Shown in pieces: positions 22,257-34,340 of a stretch of DNA of 64,000 bases; position 1 is the first letter of the stretch; each line of letters starts with the position of its first letter. A model generated the notes under the pieces. It saw nothing but the letters and a program-made list of their open reading frames with translations. It searched no databases and had not been told where the DNA came from. The position numbers and the translations under genes are program-made. Source of the stretch: Azolla caroliniana (Eukaryota; Plantae; Polypodiophyta); assembly GCA_043228905.1 (NCBI GenBank), contig JBHGNT010000006.1, positions 16,058,001 to 16,122,000 of the forward strand, read 5' to 3'.

Positions 22257-22699
22257 TAACAACAGAACACAGAGATTAAGGTTTAATAGAAGCTTGAATA
22301 CAATACACGGGAGAGACAAAGTTAGAGCAAAACAATGAAACTCAATTTTAAAATTACTCAAAAAGACTATACATACAACTATGCTTTATAGCACTATTTA
22401 TACAAGCCCTTATAGGACTGACTAAAGTACTAACAAGTACTTTAATACTCGTACAGAGCATCAAACACTGACTACCTAAAATATGCCTACATACTAGGCT
22501 AGAGTCATAGACCTCTAACGACTTACCGATTTCAATTTGATCCGGTTCTTCTTTCCGAACTCTAATCCGGTTCTGGCTTATTTAGTCGATTCAGATCTGG
22601 TTGAGCTTGTCCGCTCAACCTCTATAAACTATTCATGACATGAACATAGATGGTTGAGCCTCGGGGATCCGCCATGAAAAAATCGATATAGAGATCAGG

Positions 22700-25428
22700 G
22701 AAAGACATTCATTTGTCACCCCCATGGTTTTTAAAACACCTTTGTGTTACCATAGTAACTTGATCTTGAACCTCATCTCATACGTCTAGAGGGGTTTACT
22801 CATATGAATCTTTGTACCACTAATGTAATACTGGGTTATCCTTGGTTTTATAATAAAAGCTCTTCTTTATCTATTGACTAGGTTCACCATTCAATTACTT
22901 TTATATACTGAATGATTGTACTCGTTTTATTCAATGTGTTAAAAAACAATCCCTTTTGACTGTTTCCTCTCCATCAATATATGAGTTGTCTTGTTCTTCT
23001 TTATTTTATTGTGTACTTGATTCGGACATTCACATTTAGAATATAAATAGTGCCCCGAATCATTTATCATATTTTGAACAACAACTCGACGAAATCTTAA
23101 ATGATGTTCGTGATGTTTTTTCCGAGTGAACTACCACATGGGTTATCTATATGATGGTCTATATCGCTTAAGTTGATCCAAAGAGGATGAGGTATCTAAG
23201 CAACTCAAGGACTATTTATAAATGGGTTATATACATTATAGTAAATCTTCATGAGGCGCACATGTTCTCTTGGTAAAAAAGAAAGAGGGCACATGGTGTA
23301 TGTGTATTAATTACCGGTGCTTGAATAAAGTGATGATCAATAATTCATATCCATTGCCACAAGCTGATTATCTAATTGATCGTCTCTAAGGAGCTCGATA
23401 TTTTACAAAACTTGATCTTCATATAGGTTACCATCAAATTTGTATAAGTGAGGAAAATGGCATTTCGTACACGTTATGGCCATTATGAGTTTTTGGTCAT
23501 GACTTTTGGTTTGTCCAATGGCCACATTTCAACAATAAATGAATGACATTTTCTGAGAACAACTTGGAAAATTTGTTGTTATTTTCATGGATGATATTCT
23601 AGTTTATAGTCGTACATTAGAAGAACATGCTAAACATATCCGCTTTGTTTTACAAACCTTGCATGACAAAGAGTTCTACACGTAGATCTCAAAATGTGAG
23701 TTCTTCAAGAAATCAATTACTTATCGGGGACATCTCATAACCGAAAGAGGAGTTGAAATTGATCCTTCTCGCATTGAGAAAGTCAAACTTTGGCCCACTC
23801 TTCGGAATATTTGAGAAGTTTGGTCATCTTGCAAAAATCTCTTCACAATTACTCCTAATTGATGATGATTTACTGATCTTTTGAAAGGACAAACACATAA
23901 GTCTATGAAACCTATAGTATGGAATGTTATAGTAGACCTCACCTTTAAGGAACTCAAGGACCATGTGTGCAAGACTCCTTCACTCCTTTTACTAGATCCG
24001 TCAAAACCTTTTCAGGTTGAAATTGATGTAAGTGATTGTACTATAGGTGTTTTATTATATCAAGATGGTAAACCAATGGCATTTGAGAGTAAGAAACTTG
24101 ATTCTTCTCAATGTCAATGTACCATTCAAGAAAAGGAATTATTTGCAGTTATTCATGCACTAAAGTCATGGCACCATTATCTTTATGGAAATCGTTTTGT
24201 GGTAACTACGTGCCACGAGTCCTTGAAATATTTTTATGACCAACAAGACCATAAAGTTCTTAAGGCACGATGGTTAGATCTCATCCAAGAGTTTGATTTT
24301 CCATATGATATCGTAAAGGTTCTATGAACACTATCACTGATGCACTATGTCGCATCTGTGAAGTTAACATGCTTAGCATCACTGAAATAACATCAGATCT
24401 TTATGATCACCTTCGAGGAAAGTATCCTGATGCTAGTTATTTTAGAAATACTAGGCAAGAGTTCAGTCTGAAACAGACATCACCACATCCTCGAAGGAAT
24501 CCTTCCACATTGCTAACGGTCTGCTTTATCGTAATGGAAGGTTTGTGTTTAGATTTTCCTGAGGTCAAAAAGAGAATTCTTTTTGAATGTCATGATGCAC
24601 CCTCAGCAGGGCACCCTAGAATACATTGCACACTCATTCTCATCTCCACTCAATTCTAGTGGCCTAGGATGTGTCCTAATATGCATAGCTATGTGACTAA
24701 ATGTTACTTGTGTCTGGTTAACAAAGTCGAGCAACTTAAAGTCGTTGGACATTTACATCCCTTGGAAATTTCTAACAATAAATGGGAAAGTATATCCATG
24801 GATTTTATTGTTAGCCTTCCTCGCACCCAAAAAGGCCATGATACCATCTGGGTTGTGGTTGATAGAATAACTAAAATAACCAGATTTATTGCCACTAAAA
24901 CCATGGTAATAGCTCCTAAATTGGCTTACCAATTCGTTGATGAGTTTTTTTATTTTTATGGGTTAACAATGGATATCGTGAGTGATCGAGATCCAAAGTT
25001 TACTAGCAACTTTTGGATGCAAGTGTTTACAAAGTTAGAAACTACATTGAGCATGAGCTCCACTGATAATCCTCAATTTGATGGACAGATAGAACAGGTA
25101 AATCAAATTATTGAGGACATGCTTCGAGCATAAGTTGGTGCAAAGCCAACAAAATGGGAACATTATCTCCCAATTTTGGAGTTTACTTATAACAGCTCCA
25201 AACATACATCGACGGGATATAATCCTTTTATGTTGAAGCCACAAGCACTGATTGATGTTAATATACATCATGATGAATTTTGAAGTACAAAACTTTCTTC
25301 GGGATATGCAAGATATGATGCATATTGCACGAGATAATATAAAAACAACTCAAGATAGAGCGCATTTTTATGCCGATCATAATAGGCAACCTTGTGTATT
25401 CAACCCTGGACAAAACATATTTTTATGT
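22700..25428 (+). pseudogene. Heavily decayed chromovirus-type gypsy pol (RT-RH-INT)
   Basis: Fragments: [63 protein letters not shown]; many stops. Confidence 0.85.
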
Positions 25429-27070
25429 AGGACTTCGTTCGGGGATATTTCCAACGCTTTTCCTTTCTCCATTGTGCCTTTCAGAATGTATTCAACTAGT
25501 TCCACAGTCGTTGTCGGTCCGTCTTTTTGTTGTGGTTGTTCTGCCGACTGCTGCTTTCGGACTTTAGTTCGTTTTCTCGGCCGACTCACTTCTTGACTTT
25601 TCTGTTTAGGACGTGGTGATAGTACCCTCCTTGTTTCTGCTTGTGGTCAATTGGCTTCTTGTTGCGTCTAAGGGAGTTGTTCTTCATCCCTGGTGGGTGG
25701 AGGCTGAATCAGTGCTTATGTGCTTGGTTGTTGTTGTTTCTTGAGCATCTTGTCCCTGCTCTTGTGGTTGTGTCAAGATCTTTCTTCTTGCCAACTGTTG
25801 TAGCAATGCCCAGGATGACTTTCCCTTTTCCCTTTCCAGGGTCTAATGTCTTTGTATGGCGACTAGCCGTGAGCATAATACCGCTAACCACTGTGCAAAG
25901 ATTGGCTTCATGGGTTTTCCTTGTCGAACTCCATGTAATTGTTCCCGAAGCACGACTATAGTGATGCACCCCCAATCAATTGTTTCTCCTTCATATGTGG
26001 CGATAATGAATCCAAACCTCTACTTTGGCATACAATATGATCTCAAACTAACAAAAAATACTTCCAATAGAGATTTTGCGACTGTTGTTCGGTCGACACT
26101 CGACTACTGTGACCGACAACACAACAGTGTCGAATGTTCTATCAAATTAAGATAAAGTATACCTTGTTCGACTCATTTAGCCTGATATACTTAACAATAG
26201 TTGTAATTGAGTCGAACAGAACAATATTACTCACAGAATACACAACACAAATTTTACTAATTAATAACTATATTAAACTAAAATCAGAACGATAGTGTTA
26301 CAATGCTCTCGGTTCCTTTTAATAGGTAACCTGAGAGACAGACTCATAAAGAATTACACTTTGCCTTGTCGGCAAGAACTAACCAAAACTCTTCTAACTA
26401 ACTCTAGTATCTATATATTTTTATTTAGTCGGCAAACTCATCGATCCGCCTTGTCGATCCAGCCTGACTTTGTGTTCATCCAAACATTGTTGATTATGAC
26501 GCTTCCACACTTGTCTGACTTTTACCCTCACCAGCTAACACTTGGCACGCCCGTGGGCGAGGGCCTTGCCCGGTCGAACGCACGGTAATGTCTTACTCTT
26601 GCTTTGTTGGGTAGGGTTCATGCTTGTCGTCCTAGAGTATGTTGAACAACGGCAGTGCCGCATCGATCTCGGCGTACGAGAGCAAACGAAAAGAAAATCG
26701 TGAGTTCGGGAATTAAGCATTGGGCTTCTTGTCAAAGAAAGAGGAGAAACGGAAATAACTTGTATTGATATTTGAAGATGATGACAAAATATTTCTTGTA
26801 CAATAATATAGCGTGTCCCTCTTATTACCATAATATTCCTCGTCTCATGTTTTTATTCTCACTCTTTTCCATTTCCCTCTTTAAATAGGTGCCCCCATGC
26901 ATATGATGCATGTGAGGGTACAAGACATGCATGTAGTGCATGAAATGCATGTAGACTCATCGAGGCCTCACACTCTATATAACCTTTTACAAAGATTTGA
27001 ATAAGCTCATATAAATTGGTAGAGGTTATTTTCTCATCGTGGCATGGAAACGTCACGACATCCTCCCCCT

Positions 27071-30000
27071 CTAGACCTGCGCATCCTTTGGCATGCACCA
27101 ACGAATGCCTCCTTCTTCAACTTCATGGATGTCATCTTCGTTGAGGAAGTTAGCGCTTTGATTTTCCCTTCTCTTGAATAACTTAATTCTCTTTCTTACA
27201 ATTGGTAACTTTAAAGTAACTCCATCCATTTCAGTTAGGAAATAAGTTGCATTTTTATTTACTTGTCTAATGATATATGGCCGGAACCATCTTTTGGCAA
27301 ATTTGCGAGAAGTACTATGTTGGTTATCAAAGCTGCTATCATAAACTATGACCCAATCACCTTCTTGGGGCTTTCTTGGTCGAAGGCGATGGGTTTTATC
27401 AAATCTTTCTTTGTTTCGTAGTCGACATTGTTTAATCCTTTCCGTAGCTATTTGAACATCTTCATCCCTTCTTTCTAGCTGTCTTATTCTAAGAGCAAGG
27501 AAATCTTCTCTACTCATTTCATCTACCCATGGCAACGAAACCCAGGAAAATACCGATTGCTCTACTGGCATAATTGGCTTTTGACCAAGTATCAATTCTA
27601 ATGGCATAATGCCAATTACAGAACTGCGAGTAGTGAGGTCAACCCATAGTGCATACGGTAACAGATGAGGCCAGTTAGCTATCTCGCCAACACAAGCTTT
27701 CACCAAAGCTTTTACTATAGGGCTATGTCCACGCTCAGCCTTCCCATTAGCTTCAGGGTTATATGCCGTAGTTAAGGATAGTCGAATTCCCATTCTTGAA
27801 AAAAACTGTTCAGCTTCGTTCGAATCTAGTTCTCCTCTGTCTGCAAGAATCTTCCCAATGCACACATACCTACATATCACATCTTCAAGAAGGAACTTAC
27901 AAACAACTGAAGTGGTTTTTTGGCGTAGGGCTCGGCCTTCCACTTGATTTGTCAAACCTTCTCTTGCCAATACAAGATATCTCATTTGTCAAACCCCTAC
28001 AAGCATCATTATAATATCCACAACCCATTTATAATGTAGAGATAAAGAATAAGTAGGTTTCAACCCATCATGATGCCGAATATTCGAATACATTTGGTAG
28101 TTCTCACACGATTGTACATAATCTGCAACATCAGTGTACATTCCAACCCACCAAAACTTCTCTTTTAATTTCAAATAAGTGACCCAAACTCCACGATGAC
28201 CTGCCCATAAAGTATCATAAAATTCAAATATTAGTTTCTATTGCTCTTCCCTACTTCCAACCACTCTTTGTAGAATCCATTTCACAACTTTTGGATGTCT
28301 CCAAAGATATCCCTCATGAAGAAAAAATTTATAAGCTTTATTTCTTCTTTTATGAAATAGCTCCCTTGACCATGTTCCATCTTTCTAATGAGTACTCAAG
28401 TATATTCCAATTTGTAACATCTCCCCCTCGTACTCAGATTCACGAAGAATAACATGAAAACCCAAATCACATGACCCCTTCAAGTTACAATTTATGGAAA
28501 AGAAATCAAAATTCTCATCTTCTTCATCAATCATTAACATAGTATTTTTACCTTTAAACCTCGCTCTTGAGAGCATATCGGCAATTGGGTTATTTGTTCC
28601 TGCAATGTGCTTGATTTCAGGACATAGTGATTTTATGTAAGCTATCCATCTAAGCATAGCTATATCAGATGTTTCACAACTTGAAATCATTTCTAGCAAT
28701 GGACGACAATCTGTTTCAACCACAACTTCAACACCAATTAAGTATTCATGATCTGTTTTAATAGCGGTTAACATACCCCATAACTCTCTTTTAATTTGTG
28801 GGTAAACTCTTTGGCGTTCTGTTAAGATTTTTGCACCAAATCGAACTGCATATCTCAACCCATCCTTCTCTTCTTGGCTAACAGCCCAACCGATCCCGAT
28901 TGGACTTGTATCCACAATAACAATGATGGGGTGTTCACTATCATACCTAGCCTTCTATAAAATAGGGGCATTCAATAACATTTCCTTTAGTTGGCGAATT
29001 GCATCTGTATGTACATTAGTCCAAAGGAAACTTGAATTCTTCTTAAGCAACCCATAAAGCGGATCAACCACATGTGCAAAATGTGAAATCCAAATTCAGT
29101 AAAACACACAAGCACCCAAAAACCTACGCACTTCTGTTAGAGATTTACAATCATCCTTTAGATTTCGAATTGCATTTACCTTAATTGGGGATGGCTTTCT
29201 TCCGTAGGGTCCACACATGTGCCCTACAATCAGAACTTCGGGAACCCCAAACATAGATTTTTGACCTGAAAATGTAAGATGAACCTCTTCTAACCTTGAA
29301 AGGGTTCTTTCACAAGCATCAATGTGGTATGCAACAAACTTTCTACATCCGTTCGGCATGAGTTTTTCATCCTTCTTATTCATCGAGCATCCTTTAGTTG
29401 GAAAATCATCTAGAAACGGAATAGTTATTTTTGACACAAAATCTCTTAAATTTTTATTCATAGCACTCACCATATGTGCTACAGAATTTGTAGCACCTTG
29501 AGGCAATGTACACATTCGCATCAATCCAATTGGTGTTCTTATAGTAGTTATAGCACGACTATCAATAGCAAGCTGAAATTGATCATATCTTGAATACAAA
29601 TCACACAGAATATATAGCTCTTCCTGCGAAAGCTTCTGCAAAGGCATCTACAATCGGTCCAACACCGACATTTCGAATAGTAACTCTATTGACATACTGT
29701 AAATCTTGAATGAACCTTAATGAACCGTTCTTTTTAGGTACAGTAAACCACTTATTCGAGTAGGGGGGCATCTGATGGCTCCAAGATACCCATTTCTATT
29801 TTTTCCTTAAGCCAAGCTATTACTAACGGTATTTGGGCCCGAGGAACAGGGATATGCCTTAAATTCCAAGGAATATGTGGAACTGTAAATATAATGATTG
29901 GTTCCACAACTATTGGGTCTACACAACCAATTTCACTCGACTAAAATGCAAATGCTTTCCCATGACTAGCAATCATATTTCGAAAACATTGTATCTCAAC

Positions 30001-30638
30001 AGGCAAAAGAAAATCATTCTCACCAATTTTTAGTTGATCTAGAGTAGCATTTGTAAACTTATGACCAATATCCTTAGAATCCCGCAATGTTGGCTCATAC
30101 GCGACATTATTTTTCATTTCAGTACCATCCATAGGTGGATGCATGGCCACGGGCTTGACCTTTTTGTCTATTGTTTTATATTTAGTGTTAACTTTTATTG
30201 CATAGTTATTTTTACTTGCCTTTTTAGCCATTTCATGATAGTTATTGCCAACTATTTCACTATTAGCTATACAACCATTTTTTTCAATAAAATCAGCAAT
30301 ATGAAGGTACATATCAACAAAATTTACATGAACAAATCTCTTGTCGCATTCTTTCTCATTCAAGCAATTTTCTAATATTTTGACTGTATCCACATCTGAA
30401 TATTCAAGAAACATACCAAAAATTATGTCATCCCTTTCAATCATCCCTAAAGTGCACAATGCATCCAACATCTTCCTGCTCCCTTTATTTTGTGCATGAC
30501 TTTCCACATCAACGTACCAGGTAAATCCATCCATTGTATTAGACAAAGTATTGATTTTTTTATTAATTGGAAAACATTTTTGCTAGGAAAGAAAAGTTTT
30601 GGGACCATTGTGTCCATGCCCATCAATGATCCTATTTA
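27071..30638 (-). pseudogene. pol of gypsy B (multiple stops and frameshifts)
   Basis: LPQGATNS, FLDD, DTSPIGIG, YNPEANGKAERGH. Confidence 0.88.
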
Positions 30639-32849
30639 AAAATCCGACTCATAAGATGATATATCATGCTCACATGAGTTAATTTGTAATTCTTCTTTAT
30701 TTCTAGCATCCTCCTGCCTAACAGTAAGAAATTGAACACTTTTTTTACCATCGGTACTTCGAATCCTAGCATACGTCGAACCATCTTCAAGCACCTTCAT
30801 CTCCATCCTAGAAGATGTGATGTATGGTTGACCAAGAATGACTGGGTATGACGAGGTCTTTTGGATAAAGAAATATTGCTCCATTGGCATATCTCCAATG
30901 TTGACTTTGATGTTTGGGCAAGCTCCATGAAGTTGTTCAGTCGTTGAATTAGCCGAATTTATCCTCCACCCATGATTCGTTTCCATTGGCCATCCACCTT
31001 TTTTATAAATATCATAAGAAATTAGATTAATTTCTGAGCTGTGGTCAATTAAGGCCATGACCGGATCTTCAAGGTTTTCAATCTTCATGGGTGTCTCAAT
31101 TGTTGCTCTTGCCCAATGTTTCTTAGCATAGTAGCTTTTTAACTCTTTCGGCTTCTCTTCAAAAGTTGTCGTTGCAATAGCTTGTGTACCAACAATGGAA
31201 GAGCTTGGTTCACCTTTGAGGACTTCCACCGTTGCTTTCTTTACTTCACTTCCTGGGTTTTCGGTGGCTTCAATACTTTGTCCTTTTCTTTTCATTCCAT
31301 CTATTATTGCATCATGAAATTCTTTTTTGGCTATGCCCAAAAGTTCCACTTTGCTATCTAAAATTCTTTCTTCCAATGTTTTTTTTAAATCAGTTGAAGC
31401 TTCAATATCAGGTACTAATTTGAACGACAAAATCTTCTTATCCTTACCTTTTTCAATGTCAGGGCTTACCATTTTTGGACTTTCTGTCTCCCTTTTTTTA
31501 GCGCTTCTTAGCTCCCTCTTCTTGTTATCTTCATTTTTCACCCATTTTCGTTTCTTTTCCGTGATCACTTCATGGGCTTGGGTTGTTGCAAACTTCGCAA
31601 AAGCTGAGAGGCCATCCACTGGGTCTTCCCAACCAGTTTTGCTTCGGACAACATCACCTCCAGACTTCAACTTTTCAAGCTCGATTTTACCCTTTCTTAT
31701 AGCTTTCAAAATACATGGCCAAAATTCAGATTCAGATCCTCCTTCACCAACATGGATGATTGTAGTTGTTTGTTGATAGACAACTTGTGTCCTAGTTATT
31801 TCCGCATCTTCGATGATCCTTCTCATACCACCTCTTCTAAAGTTAGTTCGGAGAGGTAATCGAGTTTCAGACGAATGAATCTTACCATCTTTGAAGAATG
31901 TCACCCCTCTTTCTATCGCTTCTTGATAGTTAACACACCCTCCTCTTGAATGGTCGACGCTATCACACCATATGCATCTTCTTTCATAATCTTTTTGGGG
32001 TTGTGAGGATTTTTCTTCTTGTAGCTTTGCAACATGTAATGAAAGATCTTTTATACCTTTGATTAGATCGTCCATCATTGTTTCGGGTACCTTGGAAATA
32101 GTTGACAGACTCCTAGTATCGTCCCTAATGGTTGTCTTAACTTCATCTTTCATACCTCTGGCAATCAAATGATCCTCACACCATTGGGTTCTTTTGTTGA
32201 TTCTGTTGCAAGCTTCATGTACTCGATTCCAATCAGACACTAGTCCAGTGGGTGTAGTCCAGTCTTCAAGGAATGCAACTAATTTTTCTCGATAGGATCA
32301 GTCTAATGCCTTCAAAAATAATATGACCTTCTCTTGTTCCAAAAGATTCCTTTTGATCATCGTTAATTGATTATAATGAGCTTCAAACTCTTTCAACAAC
32401 TCCATCACCGAAATCTTCTTGTCCTCTTTATCCACCCAATCCAAGAAACTCCTCCTTGACGCTTGGATTGTATCATCAAGCATGTACTCATTTATTAAAG
32501 CTTGCTCAAATGCAACCCAATCATTAGAACTTGTTGCGAGTTCCGAGACTCTATTTCTCAAAGGGAGTTCAACCATCCTCACAAAATTCATTTGAACATA
32601 ATGTTGGTTTAACCCTTTGCTACCCATCTCAGTAACATATACTTGTAAGAATTTAGATATATTTTTCCCTTCAAAGAGACCTATTTTCTCTAGAAGCTTG
32701 TCAATAGCATGATCGATTCGTTGAAGAGTAGTTGCACGTTCTTGGCTTTGCATCATTCTTTCAATCATTTGTAACACTACGTTGATTTGTGGCTCCACAA
32801 TAGCTTCTTGGTTGATCTGTGGCTTTGAGATTGCTTGTTGGTTCTCCAT
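30636..32849 (-). pseudogene. gag-protease of gypsy B
   Basis: ORFs 32298-32849 and 30636-32240; CIWCDSVDH knuckle; ALIDHSSEINLI protease. Confidence 0.85.
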
Positions 32850-33776
32850 CTCTCTTAACTTCCCTGGTTCACGTCGAGTTCACCACTGTTGCGTCAATCT
32901 CGACGTATGAGAGCAAACGGAAAGAAAATCGTGAATCCGAGAAGTAAGCATCAGGCTTCTTGTCAAAGAAAGAGGAGAAATGGAAATAACTTGTATTGAT
33001 ATCTGAAGATGATTACAAAATATTTCTTGTACAATAATATAGCTTGTCCCTCCTATTACCATAATATTCCTCATCTCATGTTTCTTTTCTTACTCTTTTC
33101 CCTTTCCCTCTTTAAATAGGTGCCCCCATGCATATGATGCATGTGAGGGTACAAGACGTGCATGTAGTGCATGAAATGGATGTAGACTCATTGAGGCCTC
33201 ACACTCAATATAACCTTTTACAAAGATTTGAATAAGCTCATATAAATTGGTAAAGGTTATTTTCTCATCGTGACATGGAAACGCCATGACAACGGTTCTT
33301 CTTCATGTCCTTGTTCGGAATCGTTCTCATTCTCGTCGACGTTATTCTCCTCTTCGTCAACATTGTTTGTCTGTGGTGGTGGTTGTGGTTGTGCAGCTGG
33401 TACGCCAAGTTCGGCAGTCTGGTGTCGTTGGTTACTGTGAAGTCAATTTTTGCTCATAAGAAAAGACCATGGTAAGTACATCGGATGCTAAGGTGTATAA
33501 GAATAAAGCAGAATGTGAAAAGTTCAAAAATTAAAATAAGAATGAAATTGAAGGAATATGAAGATGGGGGCGTTTTTCAAAGGTAGAAAAACCAAGAAAA
33601 AAGAGAAAAGAAGAAAACGCAGGAAAAAGGGAGAAAAAGCAAGATAGAGAAAAAAGCTCATAACTTCTTCATCTCTTATCCAAATTTCAAAAGAAAAGAT
33701 TCATAAGAAAGAAAAGAAAAAAGCAAGAATAATGCAACTAAAAACCTATAAATATGAAGGTATTCTTAGCAATTGG

Positions 33777-34340
33777 GAGGAGGAAGGAAGAATAGAAGAT
33801 CTACAAGAGAAGGAGGGAGTAAGAAGAGAATATCTACAAGAAGAGGAAGGAAGAATAGAAGATCTACAAGAGAAGGAAGGAGTAAGAAGAGAATATCTAC
33901 ATGAGGAGGAAGGAAGAATAGAATATCTACAAGAGAAGGAGGGAGTAAGAAGAGAATATCTACAAGAAGAGGAAGGAAGAATAGAAGATCTACAAGAGAA
34001 GGAGGGAGTAGGAAGAGAATATCTACAAGAAGAGGAAGGAAGAATAGAAGATCTACAAGAGAAAGAGGGAGTAAGAAGAGAATATCTACAAGAAGAGGAA
34101 CGAAGAATAGAAGATCTACAAGAGAAGGAAGGAGTAGGAAGAGAATATCTACAAGAGGAGGAAGGAAGAATAGAATATCTACAAGAGGAGGGAGTAAGAA
34201 GAGAATATCTACAAGAGGAGGAAGGAAGAACAGAAGATCTACAAGAGGAGGGAGTAGAAGAGAATATCTACAAGAGGAAGAAGGAAGAATAGAAGATCTA
34301 CAAGAGAAGGAGGGAGTAAGAAGAGAATATCTACAAGAAG
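33777..34340 (+). repeat. Purine-rich 63-bp tandem array (~9 units, each made of two sub-repeats)
   Basis: Reads as (EEEGRIEDLQEKEGVRREYLQ)n in ORF 33732-34292. Confidence 0.92.

Larger units (their letters stand above)
10771..22620 (-). mobile_element. Ty1/copia retrotransposon C (decayed), host to a solo LTR and the DNA transposon
   Basis: RT (YKARLVAKGYAQ, HQMDV, YVDD), integrase (HSDVWG, KLDAKAEKC), protease WYVDSGASNHM and gag. tRNA-iMet PBS TGGTATTAGAGC at 14608-14619. 5' LTR = 14620-14670 plus 22262-22620, homologous to the LTR at 56268-56689. Confidence 0.88.
26656..33291 (-). mobile_element. Full-length but decayed Ty3/gypsy element B, same family as A
   Basis: 405-bp LTR pair at 26656-27060 and 32887-33291, differing mainly by transitions. 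PPT complement tcctccccct at 27061. tRNA-Trp PBS at ~32869-32885. gag-PR-RT-RH-INT homologous to element A. No clean TSD seen. Confidence 0.93.

Noticed and set aside
26648-26655. TSD for gypsy B
   Set aside because: The left flank GGCAG does not match the right flank ACGGT; a similar ACGGC is offset by 2 nt, so no TSD is called.
33777-34340. CRISPR-like array
   Set aside because: No unique spacers; it is a plain tandem repeat in eukaryotic DNA with no cas genes.
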